A stretch of DNA of 63,877 nucleotides, the filler included, from an uncultured bacterium (GTDB lineage Bacteria > CAYJRR01): NCBI GenBank assembly GCA_964372275.1. It is 5 parts of 5 records of this genome, joined end to end, with 100 filler letters (N's around TTAATTAATTAA, not from the genome) between each part and the next. Parts side by side here need not be neighbours in the genome. Positions count along the whole stretch, not along the records: positions 28,804 to 42,973 come from CAYJRR010000117.1; positions 43,074 to 57,228 come from CAYJRR010000118.1; 3 more parts are not named here. One strand, given 5' to 3'. Made by a program: the position numbers and the translations under genes. Below, in pieces: positions 35,886-44,883 of this stretch. Positions within the stretch are counted from its first letter, which is position 1, and each line of letters begins with the position of its first letter. The notes under the pieces are model-generated. The model saw only the letters and a list, made by a program, of their open reading frames with translations. It was not told the origin of the DNA and ran no database searches.

Positions 35886-37919
35886 TCAGACTCCGCCGAC
35901 GCGGCGGGCGATCTTGTCGGCGAGCAGCGCCTGCACCGCGTCCTGGAACTGCTCGTGCGACGCGCGCGACTTGGTGAGGAACCGGGTCGGACCGAGCGTG
36001 AGCGCCTTCCGGTCGGCCGCGATCAGGTCGCTGCCGGTGTAGACCAGGAGCGGCGTCAGGATCCCTTCCCGCCGCAGGATCTCCACCACGTGGTAGCCGT
36101 CGGGCCAGGGGATCCCCAGGTCGAGGACGATCAGGTCGGGCCGCTCCTGCCGCACCAGCGCCACCCCCGCCGCGCCATCGCCCGCGTCGATCGCCTCGAT
36201 TCCGCACCGCTTGAGCAGCGCGCCGAGGACGACGCGCGTCGCCGGATCGTCGTCGATCACCACCGCCTTGAAGCGCGCCACCGCGCTGGCGGCGGCACGA
36301 AGGCCGTCTGCGAGCCCGTCGATCGAATCGCCCGCCGTCAGGACGACCCGCGGGAAATGTCGGGTTCGGTCCCGGGCGGCCAATCGCTCCGCGGTGGCGG
36401 CTCCCGACCGGTCGGAGTCGCGCGCGTCGACCAGGAGCACGTCGGGCAGCGAGCTCCCCACCGCGCGTTCCGCCTCTTCCGCCGTACGCACGACGGCGAC
36501 CCCGAATCCGTCCTCTTCGAGCCGCCGGCGCAACGCCGCCGCCGCGCCTTCGTCGGAGGCGACGAGCAGCACTTCGACGCTCGCCGCCTGGGCGCTCCGC
36601 TCGGCGAGCACCAGGTCGCCGGTCGTCTCGGCGTCGACCGTGAGGAGCTCGAACCAGAAGGTGCTGCCAGTCGGTCCGCCCGTTCGGGCTCCGTCGGGGA
36701 GCTCCCCGGTCGGTCCGCCCGTTCGGGCTCCGTCGGGGAGCTCCCCGTCCCCCCTGCCGCCGGCGCTCTCCACGCCGATCGTTCCGCCGTGCTGCTCGAC
36801 GATCGCCTTGGCGATGCTCAAGCCCAGCCCGGTCCCGCCGAACTTCCGGGAGTCGGAGGAGTCGAGCTGCTGGAACTTGCCGAACAATGCGCCGATCTTC
36901 CCCGCCGGGATCCCCGGCCCCCGATCGCTCACGGAGAACCGGACCCGGTCCCCGGGCGCCGCCTCCGCGCGGACGGCCACCTCGCTCCCCTCCGGCGAGA
37001 ACTTGATGGCGTTGGAGAGGAGGTTGACCAGGACCTGCACCACGCGGTCGCGATCGGCGCGGATTCGAGGCACCTCCGCCGTCTCGTGGCGGACGGAGAC
37101 CTTGGCCTGCTCGGCCATCCCGGTGATCTCGTCGACCGCGGTCGAGACCAGCCCCTCCGCGTCGAGCGGCTCCAGCTTGAGCGACAGCTTCCCGGCTTCG
37201 ATCTTCTCCAGGTCGAGGATGTCGCCGATCAGTCGGATCAGCCGGTCGGCGTTCCGCCGCGCGATCTTCACCATCCGCAGGGCGCGCTCGTTCTGCGGTC
37301 CGAGCACGCCGGCTTCGAGCAGCCCCAGCGCCCCGCGGATCGAGGTGAGCGGGGTGCGGAGCTCGTGCGAGACGATCGACACGAACTCGTTCTTCATCCG
37401 GTCGATCGCCTTGCGTTCGGTGATGTCCTGCCCGATCAGCAGGAATCCGTGGATCCGCTCCTCGTCGTCGCGCAGCGCCGTCACCGAGACCCACGCCGGA
37501 AATCGCGATCCGTCCTTGCGGATCCAGCTCCATTCCCGCTCCGACGGCAACCGCGCCCGTGCCCGTTCGGCGAGCACGTCGAAGCCGACGGCGACCGGGC
37601 GGCCGAGCTCCTTTTGGATCTCGTGCGCCTCGGCACGCAGCTCTTCCGCGTCGTGGAGGATCGCCGGGCTGTGCCGTCCCACCATCTCCCACGGCGTGTA
37701 GCCCAACAGGTGCGTCGCCGCCGGGTTCATCGACTGCACCGTCCCGTCCGGCGCGGTGGAGAGGATCGCCAGGCTCGCACCGTTGAGGATCGCCGACTGG
37801 ATCGACGCCAGCTCCCGCAACGTCTCCTCGGTCGCGCGCAGGTCCTCGATCGAGCGCTCGAGCTCCCGGTTCTTCCGCTCCAGGTCGGCGAGCAGGTCGG
37901 CGCGGGACTTGCCGCTCAT
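35886..37919 (-). CDS. PAS hybrid histidine kinase (PAS-HisKA-HATPase-degenerate REC-REC)
   Basis: PAS/PAC (RKDGSRFP...DITERK), SHELRTPLTSI, NLLSNAIKF, DRGPGI, GGTGLGL, C-terminal receiver domains. Confidence 0.92.
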   Translation of the reverse strand: MSGKSRADLLADLERKNRELERSIEDLRATEETLRELASIQSAILNGASLAILSTAPDGTVQSMNPAATHLLGYTPWEMVGRHSPAILHDAEELRAEAHEIQKELGRPVAVGFDVLAERARARLPSEREWSWIRKDGSRFPAWVSVTALRDDEERIHGFLLIGQDITERKAIDRMKNEFVSIVSHELRTPLTSIRGALGLLEAGVLGPQNERALRMVKIARRNADRLIRLIGDILDLEKIEAGKLSLKLEPLDAEGLVSTAVDEITGMAEQAKVSVRHETAEVPRIRADRDRVVQVLVNLLSNAIKFSPEGSEVAVRAEAAPGDRVRFSVSDRGPGIPAGKIGALFGKFQQLDSSDSRKFGGTGLGLSIAKAIVEQHGGTIGVESAGGRGDGELPDGARTGGPTGELPDGARTGGPTGSTFWFELLTVDAETTGDLVLAERSAQAASVEVLLVASDEGAAAALRRRLEEDGFGVAVVRTAEEAERAVGSSLPDVLLVDARDSDRSGAATAERLAARDRTRHFPRVVLTAGDSIDGLADGLRAAASAVARFKAVVIDDDPATRVVLGALLKRCGIEAIDAGDGAAGVALVRQERPDLIVLDLGIPWPDGYHVVEILRREGILTPLLVYTGSDLIAADRKALTLGPTRFLTKSRASHEQFQDAVQALLADKIARRVGGV
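36670..36747. repeat. Perfect 39-bp tandem duplication containing the palindrome CGGGGAGCTCCCCG
   Basis: GTCGGTCCGCCCGTTCGGGCTCCGTCGGGGAGCTCCCCG at 36670-36708 and 36709-36747; encodes (GELPDGARTGGPT)x2. Confidence 0.92.
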
Positions 37920-40126
37920 CCCTCGTCCTCCACCCGGTCGCGACCGTTCTCCTTGGCGCGGTAGAGGCGGCGGTCGGCGACGGCGATGAGCGACACCAAC
38001 TCGGCGCCGTCCTCGGGAAAACGGGCCACCCCGGCACTCAACGTGCCTCCGAACGTCCCACCGGCGTCGCCGTCGAACGTCAAACGGCGAAATTCATCGG
38101 CCACGCGGCGCACCACTCCCGCCGCGTCCCCGGTCGGCGGAGCGGAGCGGGGAGAAGGCGCCGCTCCATCGGCGTTCGCGGCGCCGCCGGCGACGGGTTC
38201 CTCCATCGCGATGGCGAACTCCTCGCCGCCCCAGCGGCATCGAAGGTCTTCGGCGCGAAACCTCCGCTGCAACAGCCCCCCCAACGACGCGAGCACCCGA
38301 TCGCCGGCGAGATGTCCGTGGGTGTCGTTGATCCGTTTGAAGTGGTCGAGATCGAGCAGCACGACCGCCAGACGGCGCCCGTGACGGCCGGCGTCGGAGA
38401 GGCGCGCGGCGAACGACTCGACGAAGGCGCGTCGGGTGGAGAGTCCGGTGAGCGCGTCGCGGTCGGCGCGGTCGCGAAGCAGCCGGTTGCGCTCGAGGCG
38501 CACGCGGATGCGCGCGATCAGCTCCTCCTCCAGGACCGGCTTGGTGAGGTAGTCGTCGCCGCCGGCCCGGTAACAGGCGAGCCTCGTCGTCTCGCTGGCG
38601 TCGCCGGTGAGGAAGAGGATCGGCAACGTGGCCCAGGTGCGAGTCGATCGCAGCATGCGGCAGATGTCGAGCCCCCCGACGACCGGCATCTGCACGTCGA
38701 CGAGGAGAAGCTCCGGACGTTCCGCTTCGAGGACGTCGAGGATCCGCCACGGCTCGGAAAGCGTCGCGGCCTCGATGCCGTGGGCCCCCAGCAGCGCCGA
38801 CAGGAACCGCAGGAACTCCGGGTCGTCGTCGACCAGCACCAGGCGCGGGCGCTGGCCGCGCCGGAGCGTCGAGAGCTGACGCACCGCCGCCACGAAAGCG
38901 TCGGGATCGAGCGGTTTTTCGAGGAAGGTCGTCGCCCCGGCGTGTGCCGCGACGATCCGGTGCATCAATCCGGCATCGGTCGACATGAACGCCACCGGCA
39001 GCTGGGCGACGCCGTCGATCGCCTTCAGCGCCGCCGCCGCCTGACGCGGGCGCTCCCCCCCCAGGTCGAGATCGATCACCGCGCAGTCGATCCACGCCTC
39101 CTTCGCGCGCGCCAGCGCATCGGTCTCGTTCATGGCGGGGACGACGTCGATCAGGTGCTTCCGCCCGAGGAGCTGCGCGTCGAGGAGCAGGTTCCCGTCG
39201 GCCGACAGCACCAGGGCCCGGGCGATGCCGTCGGGTCTCTCCTCCGGCGCGTGTCCCGCCGGCGTTCCGGCCGCCGCGGCCGCTTCGCGCAACGCCGCGA
39301 AGAGCGGCCCCCGCTCCTCGCCGGTCGGCATGCGCAGGTCGCGCAGCGCCTCGTCCAGGATCGCCTCCACCCGGCCCGACGCGTCCCCCACCGCCGCGTT
39401 GCCGTAGGTCGCCGCGGTCCCATGGAGCTTGTGCGCCAGCGTGTGCGCCTGGCCCAGGCGGGCGGTATCGCCGTCCCCGTCCAGCGCCGAGCGGAGCGTC
39501 GTCTCGAGCTCCCCGACCCGCTCCCGAAGCTTCTCCGCGTACGCCCGCCGCAACGCTTCGACCTTCCGCCGCGCCCCTTCGAGCCGGTCGGTGGCCACGG
39601 GTGCCGGGCCCGTCCTCGGTGCGGTGGACTCCGTTCGCGTGTCCGTTCCCGCCGCCGTCGTCACGGCCGTTCCGGTCGCCGGCTCCGATCCCGCGGCCGC
39701 ACCGGCTTCCGATCCCGTCCCCGTTGCCGCTTCCGGTCGCGCCTCCGGTTCCGTCGCCGCCTGTCCCCGGAGCACTTCGCGCAGGTGCGCGATCAGCTCG
39801 TACGGCGAGAACGGCTTGTGCACGATCCGGTCGACTCCGAGCTCGCGCAGCCGGTGGAACGACTGCAGGTCCCGCCACCACCGCGAGACGAAGACGACGT
39901 AGGAGCGGTTCCCGTCGGCGCGGATCGACGCGATGAAGTCGATTCCGTTCGTGTCCGGAAGGAGCCCGTCGACGACCATCGCGTCGATTCGCCGCGTCGC
40001 GAGGGTCGTCCTGGCCTGCTCGCCGGAGAGCGCCCGGAGGACCTCGAATCCGTGCAGCGCCAGCGCCGTCGACACGAAGGACTGGAAGTCGACGTCGTCG
40101 TCCAGGATCAGGACCGAGGGCGCCAC
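37916..40126 (-). CDS. Multidomain response regulator/diguanylate cyclase (REC-Hpt-REC-REC-GGDEF)
   Basis: LILDDD/KPF, AHKLHG Hpt, LVDDD/DVQMP/KPV, DALTGL, DLDHFKRIND..GH..GD, RAED I-site, GGEEF. Confidence 0.92.
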   Translation of the reverse strand: MAPSVLILDDDVDFQSFVSTALALHGFEVLRALSGEQARTTLATRRIDAMVVDGLLPDTNGIDFIASIRADGNRSYVVFVSRWWRDLQSFHRLRELGVDRIVHKPFSPYELIAHLREVLRGQAATEPEARPEAATGTGSEAGAAAGSEPATGTAVTTAAGTDTRTESTAPRTGPAPVATDRLEGARRKVEALRRAYAEKLRERVGELETTLRSALDGDGDTARLGQAHTLAHKLHGTAATYGNAAVGDASGRVEAILDEALRDLRMPTGEERGPLFAALREAAAAAGTPAGHAPEERPDGIARALVLSADGNLLLDAQLLGRKHLIDVVPAMNETDALARAKEAWIDCAVIDLDLGGERPRQAAAALKAIDGVAQLPVAFMSTDAGLMHRIVAAHAGATTFLEKPLDPDAFVAAVRQLSTLRRGQRPRLVLVDDDPEFLRFLSALLGAHGIEAATLSEPWRILDVLEAERPELLLVDVQMPVVGGLDICRMLRSTRTWATLPILFLTGDASETTRLACYRAGGDDYLTKPVLEEELIARIRVRLERNRLLRDRADRDALTGLSTRRAFVESFAARLSDAGRHGRRLAVVLLDLDHFKRINDTHGHLAGDRVLASLGGLLQRRFRAEDLRCRWGGEEFAIAMEEPVAGGAANADGAAPSPRSAPPTGDAAGVVRRVADEFRRLTFDGDAGGTFGGTLSAGVARFPEDGAELVSLIAVADRRLYRAKENGRDRVEDEG

Positions 40127-40503
40127 GACGACACGATACGTCGAATCTCCTCGGGGAGCAGCATCGGATCGAACGGTTTGGCGATCACGCCGATCGCCCC
40201 CGACGCCAGGTAGGACGCGATCTCCTGCGTCTGCGCCTTGGCCGTCATGAAGACGACCGGGATCGACGCCGTCTCCGCGGAGGCCCGCAGCGCGCGAAGC
40301 ACCGACGGGCCGTCCATCTCCGGTAGCATCACATCGAGCAGGATGAGGTCCGGGCGCTCGCGGCGCGCGAGCGCCAGCGCGTCGGCCCCGGTGCCGGCCA
40401 GGAGAACCCTCCATTGCCCGACATCGGCCAGCGCCACCTCGCCGATGGCGCGGATGTCCTCTTCGTCATCGACGAGAAGGATGCTGCGAAGCGGGCGCTC
40501 CAC
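40108..40503 (-). CDS. Single-domain response regulator
   Basis: ILLVDDE, LLDVMLPEMDG, FMTAK, KPFDP. Confidence 0.93.
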   Translation of the reverse strand: MERPLRSILLVDDEEDIRAIGEVALADVGQWRVLLAGTGADALALARRERPDLILLDVMLPEMDGPSVLRALRASAETASIPVVFMTAKAQTQEIASYLASGAIGVIAKPFDPMLLPEEIRRIVSSWRPRS

Positions 40504-40524
40504 GCGCCGACCGTAACACGGGCG

Positions 40525-41508
40525 CTACGGCGTCGGCGTCGCCGGCTCCGCCGGCGTCTCGACGCCGGCCGACGGACCGGGTCGCGGAGCCGGAGCTTCC
40601 ACGCGCGTCGCTTCCGCGGCGGGGGCGACGAGGACCGAGCACGGTGCGCGCCGCAGGACCCCGGCCGCGACCGACCCCAGGAGCAGCCGTTCGACGCCTC
40701 GGCGCCCGTGGGTTCCGACGGCCACCAGGTCGAATCGCCGCTCCTCCGCCATCCGCGCCAGCTCGGTGTCGGGCTTTCCGTGCACCACGTCGGCGCCGTC
40801 CGGCCGGTGCTCCGACCGTGAGACGACACGGTCCATCTCCTCCCGGGCGATCCGTTCGACCTCCTCGTCCCCGGGAGCGATCCCGGTGAGCGGCGACACC
40901 CGCCCGTACGGGGCCGTGAGCGGAACGGCGTGGACGTAGTGGAGCTCGCAACGTCCGAGGCGGCGGAGCCGGTCCGCGACCCGCACCGCCCCTTCGAACC
41001 CTGCCTCGAAGTCGACGCCGACCAGGATCCGGAGCGTCCGGCCCTCGAAGGCCCATCCGACGATCGCGGACGCGTCCCCGCGGATCGCCAACAGCGGATG
41101 CTCGGCCGCCCGCGCGAGACGCTCGGTCGTGCTCCCCAGGAAGAACCGCAGCGCCGGTCGGAGGCCGCGCGTCCCGGCGACGACGAGCGACGCGGCGTGC
41201 CGGCGCGCCGCTTCGAGCAGCACCTCGTCGGGCGCTCCGAACCCGACGTGGACCGAGGTCTCGGGGCACATCGACATCAGCCGCTCGGCCTCCTCCCCCA
41301 GCTTCCGTTCGGCGGCTTCGCGCCACGTCACCGCGGCGGGGGACAGCGGGGGCGGCCCGAGGAAGATCGACTCCCCACCCAGCAGACCGGCCACGTCGAC
41401 CGCATGCGCCAGGACCAGCGGCTCGCCGAGCTTCGCCGCCAGCGCCGCCGCCACTTCGCCGGCGCGGATCGCGGGCTCGCTGAAGTCGGTGCCGCAGACG
41501 ATGGCCAT
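40525..41508 (-). CDS. Tandem universal stress protein
   Basis: IVCGTDFSE...GTRG...LGSTTE and ILVGVDF...GTHGRRG...LGSVA..VLR.APCSVL. Confidence 0.92.
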   Translation of the reverse strand: MAIVCGTDFSEPAIRAGEVAAALAAKLGEPLVLAHAVDVAGLLGGESIFLGPPPLSPAAVTWREAAERKLGEEAERLMSMCPETSVHVGFGAPDEVLLEAARRHAASLVVAGTRGLRPALRFFLGSTTERLARAAEHPLLAIRGDASAIVGWAFEGRTLRILVGVDFEAGFEGAVRVADRLRRLGRCELHYVHAVPLTAPYGRVSPLTGIAPGDEEVERIAREEMDRVVSRSEHRPDGADVVHGKPDTELARMAEERRFDLVAVGTHGRRGVERLLLGSVAAGVLRRAPCSVLVAPAAEATRVEAPAPRPGPSAGVETPAEPATPTP

Positions 41509-41570
41509 CGGTGATCCCCCTGGTGTCGATCACGATGGCCGTCGATCGATCGGTGTCCACGAGAAGGGGC

Positions 41571-42701
41571 ATGTTTGCGGGGGGCCTCAAGGTCGGCACG
41601 GTGCGCGGGATCCCGATCCGGATTCACGTCTCGTTCCTCCTGGTTCTTCCCTTTCTCGCGTGGGCCTTCGGACGCGAGCTCGGCGTCGCCGCGCGGCTCG
41701 CGAACGTCGAGCCGGGGCAGCTCCAGGGCAGCCCCTTCGCCTGGGGACTGGCCGTTGCGCTGGCGCTGTTCGGAGGCGTTCTGCTCCACGAACTGGCGCA
41801 TTCGCTCTACGCCCGGCGGACGGGCGGACAGGTCCGGGCCATCACCTTGATGATGGTGGGGGGCGTCTCCCACCTCTCGCGCGCGCCGCGCCGCGCGCGC
41901 GACGAGGCCGTGATGGCGCTGGTCGGTCCGTTGGTGAGCGTCGGGTTGGCCGGTCTTTGTTTCGCGCTCCTGCTGCTCGTTCGTCCGCTCGCGTTCGAGG
42001 CCCGGTTCGCGGTCTTCTACCTGGGCTACCTCAACCTGTTCCTCGGCGTCTTCAATCTGCTGCCGGCCTTCCCGATGGACGGCGGCCGGATCCTGCGGTC
42101 GCTCCTTTCGGGGAGGATCGGACCGGTGCGCGCCACGCGTTGGGCGGCGGGGATCGGGAAGGGCTTCGCCGTGTTGTTCGGTCTCGCCGGCCTCCTCCTG
42201 GGAAGCCCGCTACTCCTCGTAATCGCGTTCGTCGTCTGGTCCGGCGCGGCGGCCGAGGCGAAGGGTCAGTGGATCGAATCGCTCCTTCGTTCGATGACGG
42301 TCCGGGAACTGGCCTCGCCGCACGTTCGCGTGATCGCGGGGGACGAACGGGTCGCCACCCTGACCGACCGGATGATGCGCGAGCGGGAAGCCGTCTATCT
42401 CGTCTCGGAAGGGACCCGCATCGCCGGCATCGTGACGTTGGACGCAGTCCAATCGGTGGCGCCGTCGCGGCGTGGTTCGGCCCACGTGCGCGAGATCGCC
42501 CGTTCCGTTCCCGAGGTGGCGCCCGACGAGACGCTCGACAACGTTGCCCGGGAGATGGAAGAGGGGGGCGCGACGATCCTTCCGGTGGTGCAGGCCGGGC
42601 GCCTGGTCGGAACGATCGATGCCCGGTCGATCGAGATGGCGCTTCGCCTGCGCTCGCTCTCCGGATCGAGGGCCGCGGAACGACCTCGGCGGGCCTGGTA
42701 G
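41571..42701 (+). CDS. Site-2 protease (M50) with C-terminal CBS pair
   Basis: LLHELAH, ALVGPLVS, FNLLPAFPMDGGRIL, then CBS repeats. Confidence 0.92.
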   Translation: MFAGGLKVGTVRGIPIRIHVSFLLVLPFLAWAFGRELGVAARLANVEPGQLQGSPFAWGLAVALALFGGVLLHELAHSLYARRTGGQVRAITLMMVGGVSHLSRAPRRARDEAVMALVGPLVSVGLAGLCFALLLLVRPLAFEARFAVFYLGYLNLFLGVFNLLPAFPMDGGRILRSLLSGRIGPVRATRWAAGIGKGFAVLFGLAGLLLGSPLLLVIAFVVWSGAAAEAKGQWIESLLRSMTVRELASPHVRVIAGDERVATLTDRMMREREAVYLVSEGTRIAGIVTLDAVQSVAPSRRGSAHVREIARSVPEVAPDETLDNVAREMEEGGATILPVVQAGRLVGTIDARSIEMALRLRSLSGSRAAERPRRAW

Positions 42702-42846
42702 TCGGCCAAAATGCGACAAGTTCGCACAGTCAAATCGTTGACGAATTCATTTTTGTTTTTGAATGCCTCTTGGCCACTCCGCCCATCGGGTCGTTTTCGG
42801 ATACGATGAGCGAGGCGATCGGTTACGCCACGGGCGGGAGGGGCCG

Positions 42847-42973
42847 ATGGGAGTTCGCGTGGGGGTCGCGGCGTGGCTTGTCGTGGGCGCGGTGGGCGCT
42901 GTCGTCGGATGCAGCACGGTCGATCCGTCCGCCGGCAGTCAGATCACGCACGGAACCGCGACCGCCGGGGTGC
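42847..42973 (+). CDS. Lipoprotein, 3'-truncated
   Basis: GGAGGG Shine-Dalgarno, hydrophobic signal with a VVGC lipobox. Confidence 0.5.
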
Positions 42974-43073
42974 NNNNNNNNNNNNNNNNNNNNNNNNNNN
43001 NNNNNNNNNNNNNNNNNTTAATTAATTAANNNNNNNNNNNNNNNNNNNNNNNNNNNNNNNNNNNNNNNNNNNN
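42974..43073. other. Artificial contig linker
   Basis: N-run, TTAATTAATTAA, N-run. Confidence 0.99.
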
Positions 43074-43613
43074 CCGGCGGCGGCGGGCTCGCTTCCCGGC
43101 CAGTCGGTGCCGATGTTGGGGGCCGGGGACCGGGCCTACGCCGCGGGGGACCTCGAGCGCGCCGAGGCACTCTACGCCAGGGCCATCGAGACGGAGCCCG
43201 AGTCGGCGGAAGCGCGCTTCCTGCGCGCCCGGGTGCGGCTGGAGCGGGGGGACCTCGACGGCGCGGAGGCCGATCTCGCAGACAGCCGCCGCCTGCAGCC
43301 GTCGCACTGGGAGGCGTTGTGCCTGACCGGCGTGCTGCGCGAACGGCAGGGCCGCCGCGAAGAGGCGGCGGTCGCCTTCCGCGAAGCGGCGCAGCTCGCG
43401 CCGCGCGAGCTCGCGCCGCGCAACAACCTCGCCTTCCTGGCGTTGCTCGAGGGCCGGCCCGAGGAGGGCTACCGGCTGTTCGACGACCTTTCGCGCGAGT
43501 TCCCGCAATCGACCCGGGTCTGGAACAACCTGGCGCTCGCGGCGGAGCGTCTGGGTCGGACCGCCGACGCCGCACGGGCACGGGACCGCGCCCGCGATAC
43601 GGCAGGAGAGTAA
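43074..43613 (+). CDS. Tetratricopeptide repeat protein, 5'-truncated
   Basis: Repeated A...Y.RA...P, G...A...F..A..L.P and NNLA motifs. Confidence 0.8.
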   Translation, partial: PAAAGSLPGQSVPMLGAGDRAYAAGDLERAEALYARAIETEPESAEARFLRARVRLERGDLDGAEADLADSRRLQPSHWEALCLTGVLRERQGRREEAAVAFREAAQLAPRELAPRNNLAFLALLEGRPEEGYRLFDDLSREFPQSTRVWNNLALAAERLGRTADAARARDRARDTAGE

Positions 43614-43831
43614 GTCGGGGTGGCCGTGCGGCCCTCGCAGCGGCGGTCGCGACCGCGACCGAGGCCCGTTGCGTGCCACTTGATCGCGCGAACCACGGCG
43701 CTGCCGCCCCGAAGCAACTGACTGGGACGACCCCCTCGACGAGGCAACGCTGGACTCCCGCGCTCGCCCCTGCTATGTCCCGCGCGGCTCCGCGGTCGAA
43801 TGCGGCGGCGATTCAACGGGAGAATTCGGTG

Positions 43832-44728
43832 ATGCGTACGGCGATGAGAGTGGCGGTGGTACTGGCGATGGCGGCTGCGGCGTGCTCGCGGCCCGCGGGG
43901 AGCGGTGCGGGCGCGCCGGCGGGCGGCGGCCATCCGGCCTGCGCCGGCGGAACGGTCGACCTGCAGAAGCTCTCCGGCGACTGGATCGCCTCGCAACCGG
44001 TCGTCCAGCCGGAAGGGGTCTTCGCCCCGAACCAGTATCGCATCCGCTTCGAGACACCGGCCGCCGACGGGACGGTCAAGGCGGCGCTCGCCTGGCGTCT
44101 CGACAGCCGGCCGTTCTCCGGGTCGATCACCAAGAACGCGCTCGGGGCGGAGCTGGCGCTGCTCGAGGAGATGGCCCCCGAGGTGATCGAGCAGCTCAAG
44201 AAGGCCAACAACCAGGACCCCAACCTGCCGATGCGCGCCGCCGTCCGGATCAGCCCCGCCGAGACCGGGTGCGTGCTGTCGGTGGTCGACAATTTCCAGA
44301 CGTTCGTCGGCGAGAAGGTGATCGAGAAGACCTCGCCGATCGGCACGCTCAAGCTGGTCCCCGCGCCGGCCACGCCGGTCCTGTCGTTCACCCGCTGCAC
44401 CGGGATGAAGGCGGTCTACTTCGACGGCAAGGCGGACGACGACGGGGGCCCGGTCACGATCGCCGCCGGCAAGGCGGTGCCGGTGAAGGCCGAGGGGGAC
44501 CCGGCGCTGATCCCCGCGGGATGCACGCCGAGCGCCGATCTCTACGTCGACGGCGGCCGCGTCGCGGAGAAGATCGCCGGAGCCAAGGACAAGGACGCAA
44601 TCGCCTACACCGGCGAGGTCATCCTCGCCGCCGGCCCGCCGCACGGCGTCGAGATCCACGTCTTTGCCGACTGCGGCGAGGAGCGGAAGTTCGTCGCGTC
44701 GGCCTGCAACATCGCCTTCGCCGAGTAG
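43832..44728 (+). CDS. Hypothetical Cys-containing lipoprotein
   Basis: AAAC lipobox, strongly GC3-biased codons, beta-rich; no family recognised. Confidence 0.7.
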   Translation: MRTAMRVAVVLAMAAAACSRPAGSGAGAPAGGGHPACAGGTVDLQKLSGDWIASQPVVQPEGVFAPNQYRIRFETPAADGTVKAALAWRLDSRPFSGSITKNALGAELALLEEMAPEVIEQLKKANNQDPNLPMRAAVRISPAETGCVLSVVDNFQTFVGEKVIEKTSPIGTLKLVPAPATPVLSFTRCTGMKAVYFDGKADDDGGPVTIAAGKAVPVKAEGDPALIPAGCTPSADLYVDGGRVAEKIAGAKDKDAIAYTGEVILAAGPPHGVEIHVFADCGEERKFVASACNIAFAE

Positions 44729-44883
44729 GCGTCGGCCGCGATCCGGCCAGATCCGCACCGCGGGCGGTATCCGTATCCGGCCCGATCCGATACCGGGTCC
44801 GGGTCGGTCCGGACCGCTCGAGTCGGATGCCGAAATGGACTCCGGTCGACCCGGGTACGGAAACCTTCGTACAATCCGGCTGA

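Noticed and set aside
36670..36747. 39-bp direct repeats as a mini CRISPR array
   Set aside because: Only two copies, no spacer, and in frame inside a kinase gene.
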